A DNA stretch of 64,000 nt, from contig OZ231126.1 in NCBI GenBank assembly GCA_965153355.1, positions 22,754,001 through 22,818,000 on the forward strand, in the 5' to 3' direction. The stretch is from Flaccisagitta enflata. Its lineage: Eukaryota. The stretch's first letter is position 1, and the number at the start of each line of letters is the position of its first letter. Made by a program: the position numbers and the translations under genes. The notes beneath the pieces are model-generated. The model was not told the DNA's origin. It made no database searches and worked only from the letters and a program-made list of their open reading frames with translations. Shown piece after piece: positions 1-13,906 of this stretch.

Positions 1-1654
1 TTTTTGCTCCAGTTCACATTTTTTACAGAGTACATCCCCATTTGTGAAGATCATTGAAGGCGCCATAAACAGAGCGGAGATTCAAGGACGAACTTGAAAA
101 ATATTTGGTCGTTCACTGAAATCTTTTCTAAACGATTGAGCTCAATTTTTTTATGTCCTATGAGTGAGTTGCTGTTGCCAACAGGTTGGTACACCTTCTT
201 TACCAAACATTCAACCTATAAACCACGTAATTTACTCTTTAAACAAACGTTATATTACAATGGATACTCGTTAAAAATTCAAAAGATGAACAAAAGTTGA
301 AACGGTGGATGCTCCTAGGATTTTATAACCCTAATCTTAAACCAACAAAATTAAGTTGAAAAACCGCCATTTGATTATATTAATCTGATTTGTATAATTT
401 GTTTTCTATGCGATTTTTTTTCCTCTTTCCCTTCCTCATTTTAAAGTTTGCACAGCCATCATCTTCTCCGCCTTACAAAGAAAAGCCAGCTTGAAAGGCT
501 TTCATGACCTTAAGGCATTTCCCCAGTTTAACGTTTGAAGAAGCAGACAGAAAATAAATCAAGCGAAGGAATTTGTCCACCCAATGTTTAAACTAATCGT
601 CCGTTTACCGCGGTCAAACAATCCAAGTACATTCACAAATATCATTCGGACATATTGTCTTTTTCCTTTTGTTTGTTCGTGTGACTTTACTTTGTTTACT
701 TGATTCCTTTAGTCACTTGTAATTGTTCGTCAGTGGCCCCGGGAAGAAATTTTTACCCATCAATTTGAACCTGAATCTGATCTGTCCTGGTGCATGTTAT
801 AATATTCACACAAAACTTTGGGCCTAAATGGAGATGTGAGTATTGAAACTGAAACTCAATCTTGGTCAGTATTCTTACCAACCAGGTCATGATTTTGGCA
901 AATCATTATCAACCTTTTCACTAGTTTTTTTTTTAGGACAAAAATTCTATTTAATCCACCAAATTTTCCGATATTGTACTTTATTTACGCTCAGCTCTAA
1001 AATCTATCAAATTGGGGAGGTAACCGATGTCCGTAAATTTTCTTACCTTCTTTCTCTCTTTTTATTTGGTTTCCAAACTTTGATCTTCATTCTTTCCCCC
1101 CTTTTTTAGGTGCACCATAGCACCTCTATAAGAGGCTCTGTCTGTCGGTCGGTTGGTTGGTTGGTTGGTTGGTCGGTCGTTTGGTTGGTCGGTCTAGCTC
1201 GAGTTGAAAATCTCTTAAAGAAGCAAAAATCACTGGAACTGATTCGGAAATATGCTAGGATGATTTTTAGATGCGCCATAGCACCTCTATAAGAAGCTTG
1301 GTCTGTCCCTCGATCCGTCGGTCACGCTCGAATGAAAAATCGCTAAAAATGTTTAAAATCAATTGAAAACTCATTTCGTTCATCACTGATAATACTTGTC
1401 ATTCCATTCACTAAAATAATCAGCTACGGTTAGGTCTGATAGAGCTGGGGATAGGTCGGATAGGTCTGGTGATAGGTCGGATAGGTCTGGGGATAGGTCT
1501 GATAGAGCTCGGGATAGGTCTTATAGAGCTCGGGATAGGTCTAAAAATTATTAACTCCCGGCGCACCGTCTTTGCCCCTGTATCCGGCCTTGTTTACTAA
1601 TTGCCTGGTTGCTTGCTGCCTGATCGCATGTATTATTATAGTACCCGACAGTCA

Positions 1655-1708
<54 letters not shown>

Positions 1709-3512
1709 ACTACGCAAACACAACACCCAAACTCCCCGGCAGCTACCAGAGAGTACAGAAATGAAAGAGATGCATAAAGAGAGAAGCCAAAACCAATTTT
1801 GAGATCAAACTTGGAAAAGAACAACTAACCCAGGGTTACAAAATCGTTGCGGACAAGTAGGCCGGGGCGTGCAATCTCCCTCCTCAAAACACATAATGTA
1901 CACTGTCTAAAATGTGAGTTTTCACACATTTTGACTTGATCATTATGGATGAACTACCGACGGACCTACGGATGTATCGACTAACTCACGGATGGACAGC
2001 TAAACCAGCGAGTGCAATAAAATCATCAAGCCGTCCCATACACAAAACACACAAAACGGTGCAATCTTAGGTCTCACTTGAAAACTCTTTTGAAATATTT
2101 CATTAATCAAAGAAACGAAGCGAAAAAAATAACCGAACAATCAAACGCAAAACAAACGAAAAAAAACTATGAAATAGACTTAGCTTTGGGCAAGAATTGA
2201 GAGGAAGCCATGAAGCAGACTCGTTAAATACAAACAAAAGGATGAGCTCCTGGGTTTTGTTGATAAATACACGTTCCGGTTTGTGTTCGCGTTATCATGG
2301 TTAATGATCAATCAGAATTGAGGGCCGAGGGTGCACACTTTCACAAATTGGTTGAATCTGCGTGTAGAGTACACGTCTAGAAAGGAAAATGCACGCAATT
2401 GCCTCCTGTGAGAGGCATACAATTCTCCAATATACTTGTTTTAGTCTTCTACTTCTCAATTTACGACTCAATTTACAGGTTAGAATAATGTCGGGAAGTC
2501 CGAGTATCACGTCCGAGAATATCGTAAATTCGTTAGGCGATTTTCAGTCGAGTGCACGCGATTCTACACACCGCTTTATCGGTCGGTCGGTCGGTCGGAC
2601 GGTGGGTCTTCATGTTGGTACATAAAGGAAATTTCCTCTAGATCCCTCCAGGAAATTTGTTACTTTTTTATGTAAGACCTGTTAACACATTGCTTTTTTG
2701 CCGAACGGTTTTTGCATCACTTCCCCTGTCCAATTGCTTGGTTACCCTATATCATCTCTGCCCCTGCCCACCCGCATGCGACTTAGCCACTTGGGTAGCT
2801 TTGAATCCTGCCTTGTATGTTTGTTTGTCTGTGTGGCTCAAATCGAAACCAAGCCCTACAGCACAAAATCAAGTTTGGTTGGGTATTGTCAATAAAAGAT
2901 TGTTTGAACCATCATGCATGAAAGGCCAAAACTGCTCTTTCACAACGAATTGATTGTCTAGCAAGACAGAAACACCGAGAATCTACGACGGACCAAGCCT
3001 ACCGGTCGACCGACTCTGACGCGACCTGTAATGTCGCAGGCACGCGTTTACAATATTCTAAACCTTGCATGAGGCTCAAGAGGCAAAAATGACAGAGACA
3101 AAGTGACCGATGAATTGTTCTGGAGGCGCGGCCTGTGAATACATTTTTGTCAGCAAAACTGAGAGGTAACTCAATCACTTGATGACAAGTGGACCTGCAA
3201 AATGTTTATTTTATCGGAATGATCTGGACAAGGCGTCCAACCAAGGGCGCCTTCTTACGGCCTCTCATGAAAGGAGGTCTTTGGATTACCTCGTTTCACA
3301 TGTCCAACATTTAGGCGGAAAAATACTTATGTATAGTAAGTGTGAAAACACGACTTCTAGTTGGACGAGTGTGATGAAATTTCAACTGAGGGGTCCCAAT
3401 ACTTTCAGGCTACTACAGTAAAATTTCCATCTTACTGGGCCAACAAGAAATATGTATTTCATATTCTAAATATTTTAGTATTTTCCACCTAATTGTTGGA
3501 CATCTGTTAAGC

Positions 3513-3730
3513 TTTTTAGTCGCGTGCTACGCGACTCTACACCCCGCTTTGTCGGTCCGTCCGTTCGTCCATCCGTCCGTCCATCGGTCTGTCCGTCCAT
3601 CACATTTTACTTTTTTTGGTTTTTTTTCGGTCTTTGGCCTCACTGCTCCTGCCCAAATGATCAAGTGACCTCAAAAAACAGCCCCTGCCCACCCGCACGC
3701 GACTGGGGTAGCCGTGTATCCGGCCTTGTT
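3513..3730 (+). mobile_element. DINE-1/HINE-like element, family A (type copy)
   Basis: TTTTT-AGTCGCGTG-cta-CGCGACT hairpin, (GTCC/GTCG)n tract, 3' subterminal IR CACGCGACT, hairpin GCCGtgtatcCGGC, ending CTTGTT. No TSD. Other copies at ~2542, 7108, 15278(-), 33903(-), 37082(-), 41944 and 59790(-). Confidence 0.75.
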
Positions 3731-3798
3731 CCCTTCCCCAGAACAGGAATTCATCAAAAATCATCAATTTGTATATCGTGGATAGAATTCATCACCTA

Positions 3799-4399
3799 CA
3801 GTACGATGGGAGCAAAGACGACCTAGACTGGAGGATAGATTTTAGGTATATTAATTTCGTTTGATGCATAAAAGAATTAGGATCTATGCTTATTAAAAGT
3901 TGCTATATTGCTTGAATATATTACCTTCTTTCATTCTTCAATTTGTGACTTGACATTATCGGAACTTCATTTTTCAACGCTTTAACTTAGTCTATTTGAT
4001 TAGGCTAAAATTTTTATATAATTTTGAAAAAAGAATCAGCTCAATCGGACTATTTTTACAGGTTTTACAATTATTTTTCAAACAGAATAATTATGTAAAT
4101 TAATATCTGGGCAAAACTTAAATCAGGCATAAAACCTGTAAAAATAGTCCGATTGAGCTGATTTTTTTTCTGAATTATGAGCTAGGTTAGAACATTGAAA
4201 AATAAAGTCCTGATGAAGTCAAGTCACAAGCTGAAGATTAAGTGAAGCAAATATATTCAAGCAATAAAACAACATTTAATTAGCATAGATCTCAAATTTT
4301 TTATAAATTAAATCAAGATACCTAAATTTTTTTATAAATGAAATTAAAATACTTCAAATCTATCCTCAAGTCTAGGTCGTCTTTGCTCCCATCGTACTG
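3799..4399. mobile_element. Palindromic (foldback) MITE, Tc1/mariner-like termini
   Basis: Termini TA-CAGTACGATGGGAGCAAAGACGACCTAGACT ... AGTCTAGGTCGTCTTTGCTCCCATCGTACTG. The arms stay complementary for about 265 bp (e.g. 4033-4068 vs 4131-4163). Confidence 0.85.
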
Positions 4400-5095
4400 T
4401 CGTTTGCTTGGTTTTTAGTTGCGGACACGCGACTCTATATGCTATAAGCCACTTTTCAGTCAGTCGGTCGGTCCATCCGTCCGTCCCGTCCACGAGTAAT
4501 GCTGCCGTGTATGCGGTCTGTTTTTTTTTTTTTTTTTTTTTTTTATAAAGCGTGCCATTTTTAGATGCGTCCTCGCATGTTAATCTAGTTTGCTGTTATA
4601 GAGTATAAAACAGTACAGTTCTTTATAAGATGGTTTTCTCCATGTAAAGATATTTTTTTCAGCCATGCCATGAAAATCTGTTGATGCAATATGAAGAGTT
4701 TTATGTAATAGTGGAATTCTTTCCACATAGAGCTAAGGTGAGGTAGCATCGTTGCCGGATTGGGCTTGTTCCATAATCAATTCTTTTTACATTTCAAAAT
4801 TCTTATTTCTAACGAGTGGTTGATCATGATTTAAGAAACCAGGTAGACTTAAAGTTGGAGCCTTATTATTCACCAATATTGGTTGCTTTTTAAATTCTTG
4901 ATGATTAGAGAAGTGGAGAAGGACCGGATTTGAAGGGGGGAGGGACTGACGCGATTTATTGCGAATTCTCACAGATATACGATTAGCTCGTTGAGGGGTG
5001 TTTTCGTGGATACTAAATGATTAGGGTACTAAGGGAAAGATTTATCATGAACCAGCCAGTCCAACTGACCATCGGTCCATGGATTGGTCTATCTA

Positions 5096-5440
5096 CCGTA
5101 TTTTTTCTAATTAGCGCCCCGGGCGCTTTTGAAATTGGAAAAAGATATTGTCATTTTACCCCCCAATTAGCGCCCCCTTTTGATTCATGAACATTCTGTT
5201 TTCCTATGTTTTTTACATTGAATATTATTCAGAATATCAGAAATATAAGATTAAATGTATTAGAGTCACATTTTTTGCTTGTTTTATAATAAATCCCTAA
5301 TAATAGACACTGAAATAATCAAAATCATTTCTCTTTCAATGATTATTTACTTTTTCATCTTCCTTCAAATCATTATTCTGGGGAGCAAAAAGAGGGGGGG
5401 GCGTTAATTGGAGGGGGGGCGATAAATGGAAAAAATACGG
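5096..5440. mobile_element. MITE with TA target-site duplication (Tc1/mariner/pogo type)
   Basis: Termini TA-CCGTATTTTTTCTAATTAGCGCCCC ... GGGGCGATAAATGGAAAAAATACGG-TA. Confidence 0.8.
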
Positions 5441-5785
5441 TATCCGTTGATCTGTTGGTCAGTCACGCATAGGGCCTTTTGGGTCCTAACGTGCAGTTAT
5501 ATGTATCACTGCACTGCCCTTACCCATCCTTCAATATAGCTACTGCACCCTGCCCCTGCCTATTTGCACGCGATCAAAACACGTTAGGGACCAATTAATG
5601 AACCATACAAACGCCTAAAGTGCAGTTAAATGCATCACTGCACTGCCCTTGCCCAACATTTAATATAGCTACTGCACCCTGCCCCTGCTTATCCGCACGC
5701 GATCAAAACAAGTTAGGGACCAATCAATGAACCATGAAAACGCCTGAACAACCGACTGACTGACCTACCAACAAACCAACCAACG

Positions 5786-6661
5786 CACTAAGGGCCACGG
5801 ATTGCGCTAGATGGCTCCTTGGGTATTTGGGTGATAATTTTCATCTCTGCTATATGGCTCAAACTAAGTAGAATGGTCATGGTAGCATTTGAGCATATAT
5901 TACCGGTCCATATGACAGGTTTTATGGTGATTTAGAGTGAAAAAAGGCGACCTTAATGGACATTACTACAAAAAACGCTGAATTTCATTAATGTTTACAT
6001 GTCTGGAAAAATTTCAAATATCATAGTTTTTTACATTTTTAGCACTGATAAGTTAGTCTACTTTTACTACATATATGACCTAATTTGCATGCTTTTATTA
6101 TCCTGTAAATAAAAAAAATCGCACAAGGATGCACAATGAGCGACCAATGCCAAAATGTAGTTCAAGGGGTCCTGAATCCAGAATGCTATGGCTCAAGCCG
6201 TCCTTGGCCGTACAAATTGCGATTTTATGGCTTAAAATGGACAAGTAATAATATAGATAAATGTAAAAATCTATATTTGATTGGAAGAAGAATGAGCAAA
6301 ATGAGCTAAATGAGCAAAAAAATGATTTTTTTTGAGCTCTTTATTAAGGAATCTTCTTAAACAAAAACAAAAATTAAATTGAATTGGTCAAAACATTAGA
6401 CAATTTAAATGTAATAAATGTAAGAGAATTTAGCAGTATTTTTCACTTGATTTTCTCAAATTTCTCTTCTTTTGTACTCTAAGCTCATCAAGCTTTTAAT
6501 CCAATAGAAATAAGTCAATATTGGATATAAATAGTTTCATAACATCTGAAAATATGCAGAAAAATACTTTTCACTCTGTATATTCATACGGAACAATGTA
6601 ATGGAAAAGATGCATTGTCAATCCCTAATGAGCCACCTAGCGCACAATTCAGCCCACAGTG
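5786..6661. mobile_element. Non-autonomous Transib-like DNA transposon
   Basis: Termini CACTAAGGG...GCGCTAGATGGCTC and GAGCCACCTAGCGC...CCCACAGTG. Perfect 5-bp TSD CAACG at 5781-5785 and 6662-6666. Confidence 0.75.
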
Positions 6662-8409
6662 CAACGGACCGACCAACCGAGAAACCAACTCGGCAATGTC
6701 ATAGAGTCGCGATTTAACTCACCCCTAATCCCCCAATCACAGTTATGAAGCTTTGGAGTTCTTGCCATAAACCTTCACTATAGTATGCATCTCACAGTGA
6801 GTGAGTGACTTCTTTTTTTTTTTTTTTGTCCGCCCGCCCCGGTGAGTCGCGTTTTGCAAAGGGGCATCTCCAAATTGTTTCACAACCTTCACCGACAACT
6901 CACTACGTCTGATATATCATCCATTTCAGTCCAACTTCTTCGTCCTCGTCATCAGTTACAAAAAAACGATCGTTGTCAACGATACGCGATTGGCGTCGTT
7001 GTCCTTGTTGTCGTTGTCCTTGTCGTTGTCCTTGTTGTCTCATTTATCGTCCAATCGTCCGTTGATTTCGTTTTGATCACGATGGTTGTTTTTTTTTTTT
7101 TTTTTTTTTTTTGTCGCGTGTACGCGACTTTATTACCGCTATGTCTGTCGGTCCGTCTGACGGTTAGTCGGTCGGCAACACTCAGCTTTTTTCCGCATTC
7201 ACTGGCGGTTTCCGCATTACCGCTATTGATCTTTCTGTAACTGATCCTGCCCACGCGCACGCAACATGGGTAGCCATGTATCCAGTCTCGTTCTTTTTGA
7301 TTTTCAGTCGCTTAGCACATAAGATACCAATAACGTACTCACAATGACAACAATCAATGATATGCGATGTCTTTTCTACGGTCGTTGAAGAGTCTTTTTA
7401 GGTGCGACAAAGCACCTCTATAACTGGCTCTGTCCGTCTGTCTGTCGGTTGGTCTGTAACGCATTCGTTCCACGATCAACACGTCGCACCTTATTGGCCT
7501 ACTTGGCCTTGTTCTCAGTCTGTTTGTCTCTATCTTTGTTTAAAGCAATTTTACTTGTTTTAATGTAAAAAAGTCATTTGCTTGGGGATGTCAGGGAGAA
7601 AGATTTGTCGTTTTTTGGCAGCGGCCCCGAAGAAGCAGAAGGAGGAAGAAGAGAAAGTTCCCCATATGTGTGAAAGCATAGGTCATCGACCCCTTCGAGG
7701 CCGCTGCCCTGCTTCCCCCTCAATTTCAACCACAACCTACTCTCTTAAAAGCAGGGCACGGGTACCGCTGACCATCCAACGCTTTTGCGGCTATTTTTCT
7801 TGGTTTCGTTTGTTTGTTTGTTTTCTTTTCTTTTTTTTTTTTTGGTTGTTGTTGTTGTTTTTTTATTTTTTTATTTCTATTTTTCTTCAATAATTCATCC
7901 AATTTGTTTGTGAAATGACCGATATGTGTAGACGGTGATATGCATTTTCAAAATCCCGTTACTTATAGGTCGTAAAAGACTTTCCTTTTCCACCATCACA
8001 CCCCCATGCCCTTACCCCCGTACCTCACCCCCACTTTCCCCCTAAAAACAAACCCCTTCACTCGCTCCAACGCTCGCTTCTTCTCAGCCAAAAGGGTCAG
8101 ATCTTTTTTCAGAAAAAGATCAACCTGTTCTAGATTTTAAACCCTCCTCCTCCTTCTCCTTGCTTTACATTCTCTTTCTTCTCCTTCTCTTTCTACTTGA
8201 TCCATCTATTCTTTTCTTTACTAGTGATTTCTCTTTCTCTCCCTCACCTTCCCCCAGTTCGTCCGGACTGCCATTTTCGTTTTTCATCCCCTTGGGTACC
8301 GCTCTTTGGCAAATTCTCTTTATCATTATTTTGAACAACGTTCGCGCTAAGGGGGCTGAATGAACGGGGAATGAGGGGGAAGGGGGCAGCATGCCAGACG
8401 GACAATGAG

Positions 8410-9158
<749 letters not shown>

Positions 9159-9756
9159 ACAGAGAGAGAACGACAGACAGACAGACCGACAGACAGACTA
9201 AGACTGACTCACATCATAGACAGATAATTGTACAGAAAGATAAAAAGACGTACAGAAAGACAGACAAAGATGAACAGATCAGAGAGATAGACAGACACAC
9301 AGACACAGACAGAATAAGACTGACTCATGAACATAGACAGATAGGCGTACAGAAAGACAGAAAGACGCACAGAAAGGCAGACACAGATGTAGAGACACAG
9401 ACAAAAAGTTACCCGGATACAACGTAAAAAAAGAGATAAGTGGAACAAGTATGAATTATAAGAAACATGATAATGGAGATAAGTGTTTATGTCAGAAGCT
9501 GAGAGATGCAACTAAACTGTAAACATATGTTCTGCTTATGTCTGTGTGTTTCTTTGTGATCTGAGTTCTGAAGGGACAAGATTGGGTGCAACTTATTTTG
9601 CAGGTCTGTTTGATGGGAGTCAGTGAAAGTATGATCGAAAAAGTATCACCGTCATTATTTGCTCCGCCATTATACCAATTATGACTTTAATCATTCTTTT
9701 TTTTTCATCTTCCTTTTCTTCTTTTTTTCGTCTCTTACTTCTTCTTCTTCTTCATC

Positions 9757-10345
9757 TTTTTGGGCAGCGGCCCCAAAGGGACCGATGACTTATGCTTTCT
9801 CACATAGGGGAAGTTTCTCCTTCTTCTTCTCCTCCTTCTTCTTCTTCTTCTTCTCCATTCCCCTCCCCCCCTCGAGGCCCAAGTCCTAATCTGGAGGCCC
9901 AAATCCTAGCCTCGAGGCTCAAATCCTAGCTTTGAAGCTCAAATCCCAGCCTCATAGATCAAATCCCAATCTCAGGGCTCTAATCTCAGCCTCAAAGCTC
10001 AAACCAAAGACTCAAAGCTCAAATCCCAGCCTTGAGGCTCAAATCCCGGCCCCAAGGCTCAAATCATAGTCTCGAGCCCCAAATCCTAGCCTCAAGGTTC
10101 AAATACCAGCCGCCAAGCTCAAATCCCAGCCTCGAGGCTTAAATCCCAGCCTCAGGACTCAAATATCAGGCTTAAGGCCCCAAATATAGCTTCCAGGCTC
10201 TGATTCAAGCCTTGAGGTTCAAATAAAAAGAGTAAAGGTCATAAGCCCTTTTAGGGCCGCTGCCCCTCTAACCACCTCACACCCACAAACATTCACCTAG
10301 GGGCAACGGGTACCGCTGACCATCTAATACTTTTGCGACTATTTT
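9757..10345 (+). mobile_element. HINE-like family C with an internal 20-bp tandem array (~17 units)
   Basis: TTTTTGGGCAGCGGCCCC...(AAATCCCAGCCTCGAGGCTC)n...GGGCCGCTGCCC...GGGTACCGCTGACCATCTAA..TTTTGCGACTATTT. A short array-less copy is at 7611-7798. Confidence 0.68.
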
Positions 10346-10362
10346 CCTATGTTTTCTTCTTC

Positions 10363-10493
10363 TTTTTAGGTGCGACAAAGCACCTCTATAATTGGCCGTG
10401 TCCATTGGTCGGTCTGTCTGTCTGTCGGTCTATCGGGTAACGCATTCGTTGGACGATCCACACGTCGCACCTTATTGGCCTACTTGGCCTTGT
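10363..10493 (+). mobile_element. HINE-like family B; also at 7396-7513, 29990-30120, ~1102-1290 and 58853-58985(-)
   Basis: TTTT-AGGTGCGACAAAGCACCT-CTATA, a (GTCG/GTCT)n tract, 3' CGTCGCACCT, hairpin GGCCtacttGGCC, ending TTGTT. Confidence 0.7.
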
Positions 10494-11125
10494 TCTCCTT
10501 CTTTCTTTCCGAGTTTTCCACTTTCACTCTTTATCATCTGCTGCTTCTTCTTCTTCTTTTTCTTTTTCTTTTTCTTTTTCTTTTTCTTTTTCTTTTTCTT
10601 TTTCTTTTTCTTTTTCTTTTTCTTCTTCTTCTTCTTCTTCTTCATCCTCTTCTTCTTCTTCGTTATCTTTTTCTTTTTTTCCCTTCCTCTTCTTCTCTTT
10701 TCCGCTTCCCCTCTCTATCATCTGCTTCTTCTTCTTCCTTTGCTTTGCTTTTCCCTTTTTTTCCCTCAGAAATGAGATGTGTTTACTTTCTGCAGACTCA
10801 GTCTTCTCGGGGATGAGGTCCAGATGGTATACAGAAATTTTCTCTCTCCTCCATCCCTATATAATAGCTATTTTCAGAGGGAAAGAAAAACATTCAAGTC
10901 AAAGGTAGACTTCTTCATCATGTAACTTCATATTTATAAACAACGTTGTAAGCAAAGGATCATTTAAGAAAAGAATTTTTTGTTCTTTCGTTTTCCAATC
11001 ATCATTTAAAAAGGCTAAGAATTTAACCCACGCATATTTAGAAAAAGCTCATGTTGAATAGAAATTGGAAAACGTTGGGGGCTACTTTTCAGAAGCCAGC
11101 AGCTATTTTTTAAACAAAACACTCA

Positions 11126-11333
11126 TTTTTAGTCGCGTGCTACGCGACTCTACTACCCGCTTTGTCCGTCCGTCCGTCTGTCGGTCCGTCGGTCCGTCCG
11201 TCCGTCACACTTTACTTTTTTTGGGTTTTTGCGGTCTTTGGCCTTACTGCTCCTGCCCAAATGATGGAGTGGCCTTAGATATGGCCCCTGCCCACCCACA
11301 CGCGACTTGGGTAGCCGTGTATCCGGCCTTGTT
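11126..11333 (+). mobile_element. HINE-like family A copy
   Basis: Near-identical to 3513-3730. Confidence 0.75.
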
Positions 11334-11359
11334 TCAAGCAAATCTAAAATGCTTCATCA

Positions 11360-13180
11360 TGATCGGGAAAAAAGTCGAAGTCAGTCTTCGACTTTTTGAC
11401 ATATTCGAGAGAAACAGGGTTTTCATTTTCTTATGGGAAAGTTGGGAATCTCCACCGACCAGTTGGGTAAGTAAATTTGATAATTCGCTTTCATTTGGCT
11501 CCAAGCAGAATGCTCTACGACAAATATTTTTCGCGCTCTGATTTTTTAAAGATTTATTTATGAAAAATTTGAATGAAATTTTTTTTGATTTTTTACAATT
11601 TTATGTAGGATCAATAAAAGAGTGTATTTATGTTTGTTTGAGCATGCAAATATAAGAAAACATGTTTATGAGCACAGCTGCTCATCTGTGAGGGCGTTTT
11701 TGAGCATTTCAGCTCATTTAGCTCACTTAGCTCAGTCTATTCTTTCTGATTTCAAATATGATAAATGAATAAATATTTTCAAACTTGTTTAAGCAAGCAA
11801 ATTAAAAAAAAACATGTCAGTGAGCAGAGCTGCTCCTCTGTAAGGGCGTTTTCAAATATTCTAGCTCATTTAGCTAATTTAGCTTGTGCTTTTTCTCTGA
11901 TTTTAAATAGGATGAATAAATTGATGTTTTGATTTAGGCATACAAATACAAGAAAGCATGTCAGTGAGCAAAGCTGGTTGTCTGGTTGAATCATCGGGAA
12001 AAAAGTCGAAGTCAGTCTTCCACTTTTTGACATATTCGAGAGAAACATGGTTTTAATTTTCTAATTTTTCTTATTAAAAAGTTGGGGATCTCCACCGACT
12101 GAATGAGCCCTCCAATGAAATTGTTAGGGTAAGTAAATTTAATAATTCTCTTTCATTTGGCGCTAAGTAGAATGCTCTACGACAAATATTTTTCGCATTA
12201 TGATTTTTTAAAGATTTATTTATGAAAATTGGGAATTGAATTTTTTTCGATTTTTTTTATATTTTGAATAGGATCAAATAGTCGCAAAAGCGTTAGATGG
12301 TCAGCGGAACCCGTGCCCTGCCTAAGTAGGTTGTGGTTGAAGTTGAGGGGGGAGCAGGGCAGCGGCCCCGAAGGGGTCGATGACCTATGCTTTCACACAT
12401 ATGGGGGATTTTCTCCTTCTTCTCCTCCTCCGTCCCTCCCCCCCTCAAATCCCAGTCTCGAGGCCCAAATTCCAGTCTCGAGGCCCAAATCCCAGTCTCG
12501 AGGCCAAAATCCCAGCCTCAAAGCCCAAATCCTAGCCTCAAGGCCTTAATCCTAGCCTGGAGGCCCAGATTTCAGTCTTGCAGCCCAAATCTCAGCCTCA
12601 ACGTCAAAATCTCAGCCAAGAGGCCCAGATCCCGGCCTTGAGGCCCAAATCTCAGCCTCCAGGCCTCAAGACTGGGATTTGGGCCTCGAGACTGGAATTT
12701 GGGCCTCGAGACTGGGATTTGAGGGGGGGGGGACGTAGGAGAAGAAGAAGGAGAAAATCCCCCATATGTTTGAAAGCATAGGTCATCGACCCCTTCGGGG
12801 CCGCTGCCCAAAAAGGAGTGTATTTATGTTTGTTTCAGCATGCAAATACAAAAAAACATGTTTATGAGCATAGCTGCTCATCTGTGAGGGTGTTTTGTAG
12901 GATTCTAGCTCATTTAATTTATTTAGCTCAGTTTTTTTATGTTTTAAATGTCATAAATGAATAGATATTTTGATAAATGTTTAAAAAAGCAGATACAAAA
13001 AAAAACACATATCAGTGAGCATAACTGCTCATCTGTGAGGGTGTTTTTAAGCATTTTAGCTTGCTAAGCTCATTTAGCTGTCTTTTTTTTATTTTTAATG
13101 GGATAAATAAATGTTTTGATGGGAGCATGTAAATACAAGAAAGCATATCAGTGAGCATAGCGGATTGTCTGGTTGAATGA
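11360..13180. repeat. Tandem ~630-bp unit x2, the second copy interrupted by a family C insertion
   Basis: ATCGGGAAAAAAGTCGAAGTCAGTCTTC(G/C)ACTTTTTGACATATTCGAGAG occurs at ~11362 and ~11993 with colinear continuation, which resumes after 12814. Confidence 0.75.
12276..12813 (-). mobile_element. HINE-like family C copy with ~150-bp inverted arms
   Basis: 12357-12505 is the reverse complement of 12662-12809. Same termini as the 9757 copy. Confidence 0.72.
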
Positions 13181-13539
13181 TTTTGAGCATTTTAGCTCAT
13201 CTATCTCATTTGGCTCAGTCCTATTTTTCTCTGATTTTCAGTGCAATCAATACATACAATTGCTCCTGATTTGATCTAATAGAAAAAAAAGATTTGCAGT
13301 GACCAAAGATAAAAGCCTGGTGAAATGTAACTAACGCTTACAACTTTTTTCCTCACGGCGACAGCCGCCATTACTGGTAAGACATTCCTTGTACGGGAGT
13401 TGATGTTTATGTATCTTTACAGATACAATAGCCACATGATAGGAAGACGGAGCCACTGACCATACTGACTTCACGAGTATTGTGCAAGTGACGTGATAAA
13501 AAAGCATGGAGGAAGAGGAGGAAGAAAAAAATCAAAAAG

Positions 13540-13825
13540 AAGAAGAAGAAGACGCAGAAGGAGAAGAAGAAGAAGAAGAAGACGAAGAAGAAGAAGAAGA
13601 AGAAGAAGAAGAAGAAGAAGAAGAAGAAGAAGAAGAAGAAGAAGAAGAAGAAGAAGAAGAAGAAGGAGAAGAAGAAGAAGAAGAAGAAGAAGAAGAAGAA
13701 GAAGGAGAAAGAACATGAAGATGGAAAATGGAAACAGAAGTAAACATTCAAAAGAAAACCAAACAAAAACAAAAACAAAAACAAAAACAAAAACAAAAAC
13801 AAAAACAAAAACAAAAACAAAAACA
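13540..13825. repeat. (GAA)n followed by (AAAAAC)n microsatellites
   Basis: Directly visible. Confidence 0.97.
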
Positions 13826-13906
13826 AAGACGTAAACAACCAAAAAACAAAGGATAAACAAAAAAACAAAACACAATAGACGTTAATGAAAAAAGACAACA
13901 ATCGAA

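Noticed and set aside
1-830. Possible minus-strand exons or pseudogene at the left edge (e.g. VECLVKKVYQPVG...LWRLQ*)
   Set aside because: Only about 54 open codons with no recognisable motif. The upstream segment has stops at roughly random frequency.
9881-10222. Regular 20-bp repeats (and the 22- and 24-bp arrays) as a CRISPR-like array
   Set aside because: The units are contiguous with no unique spacers, there are no cas genes, and the context is eukaryotic.
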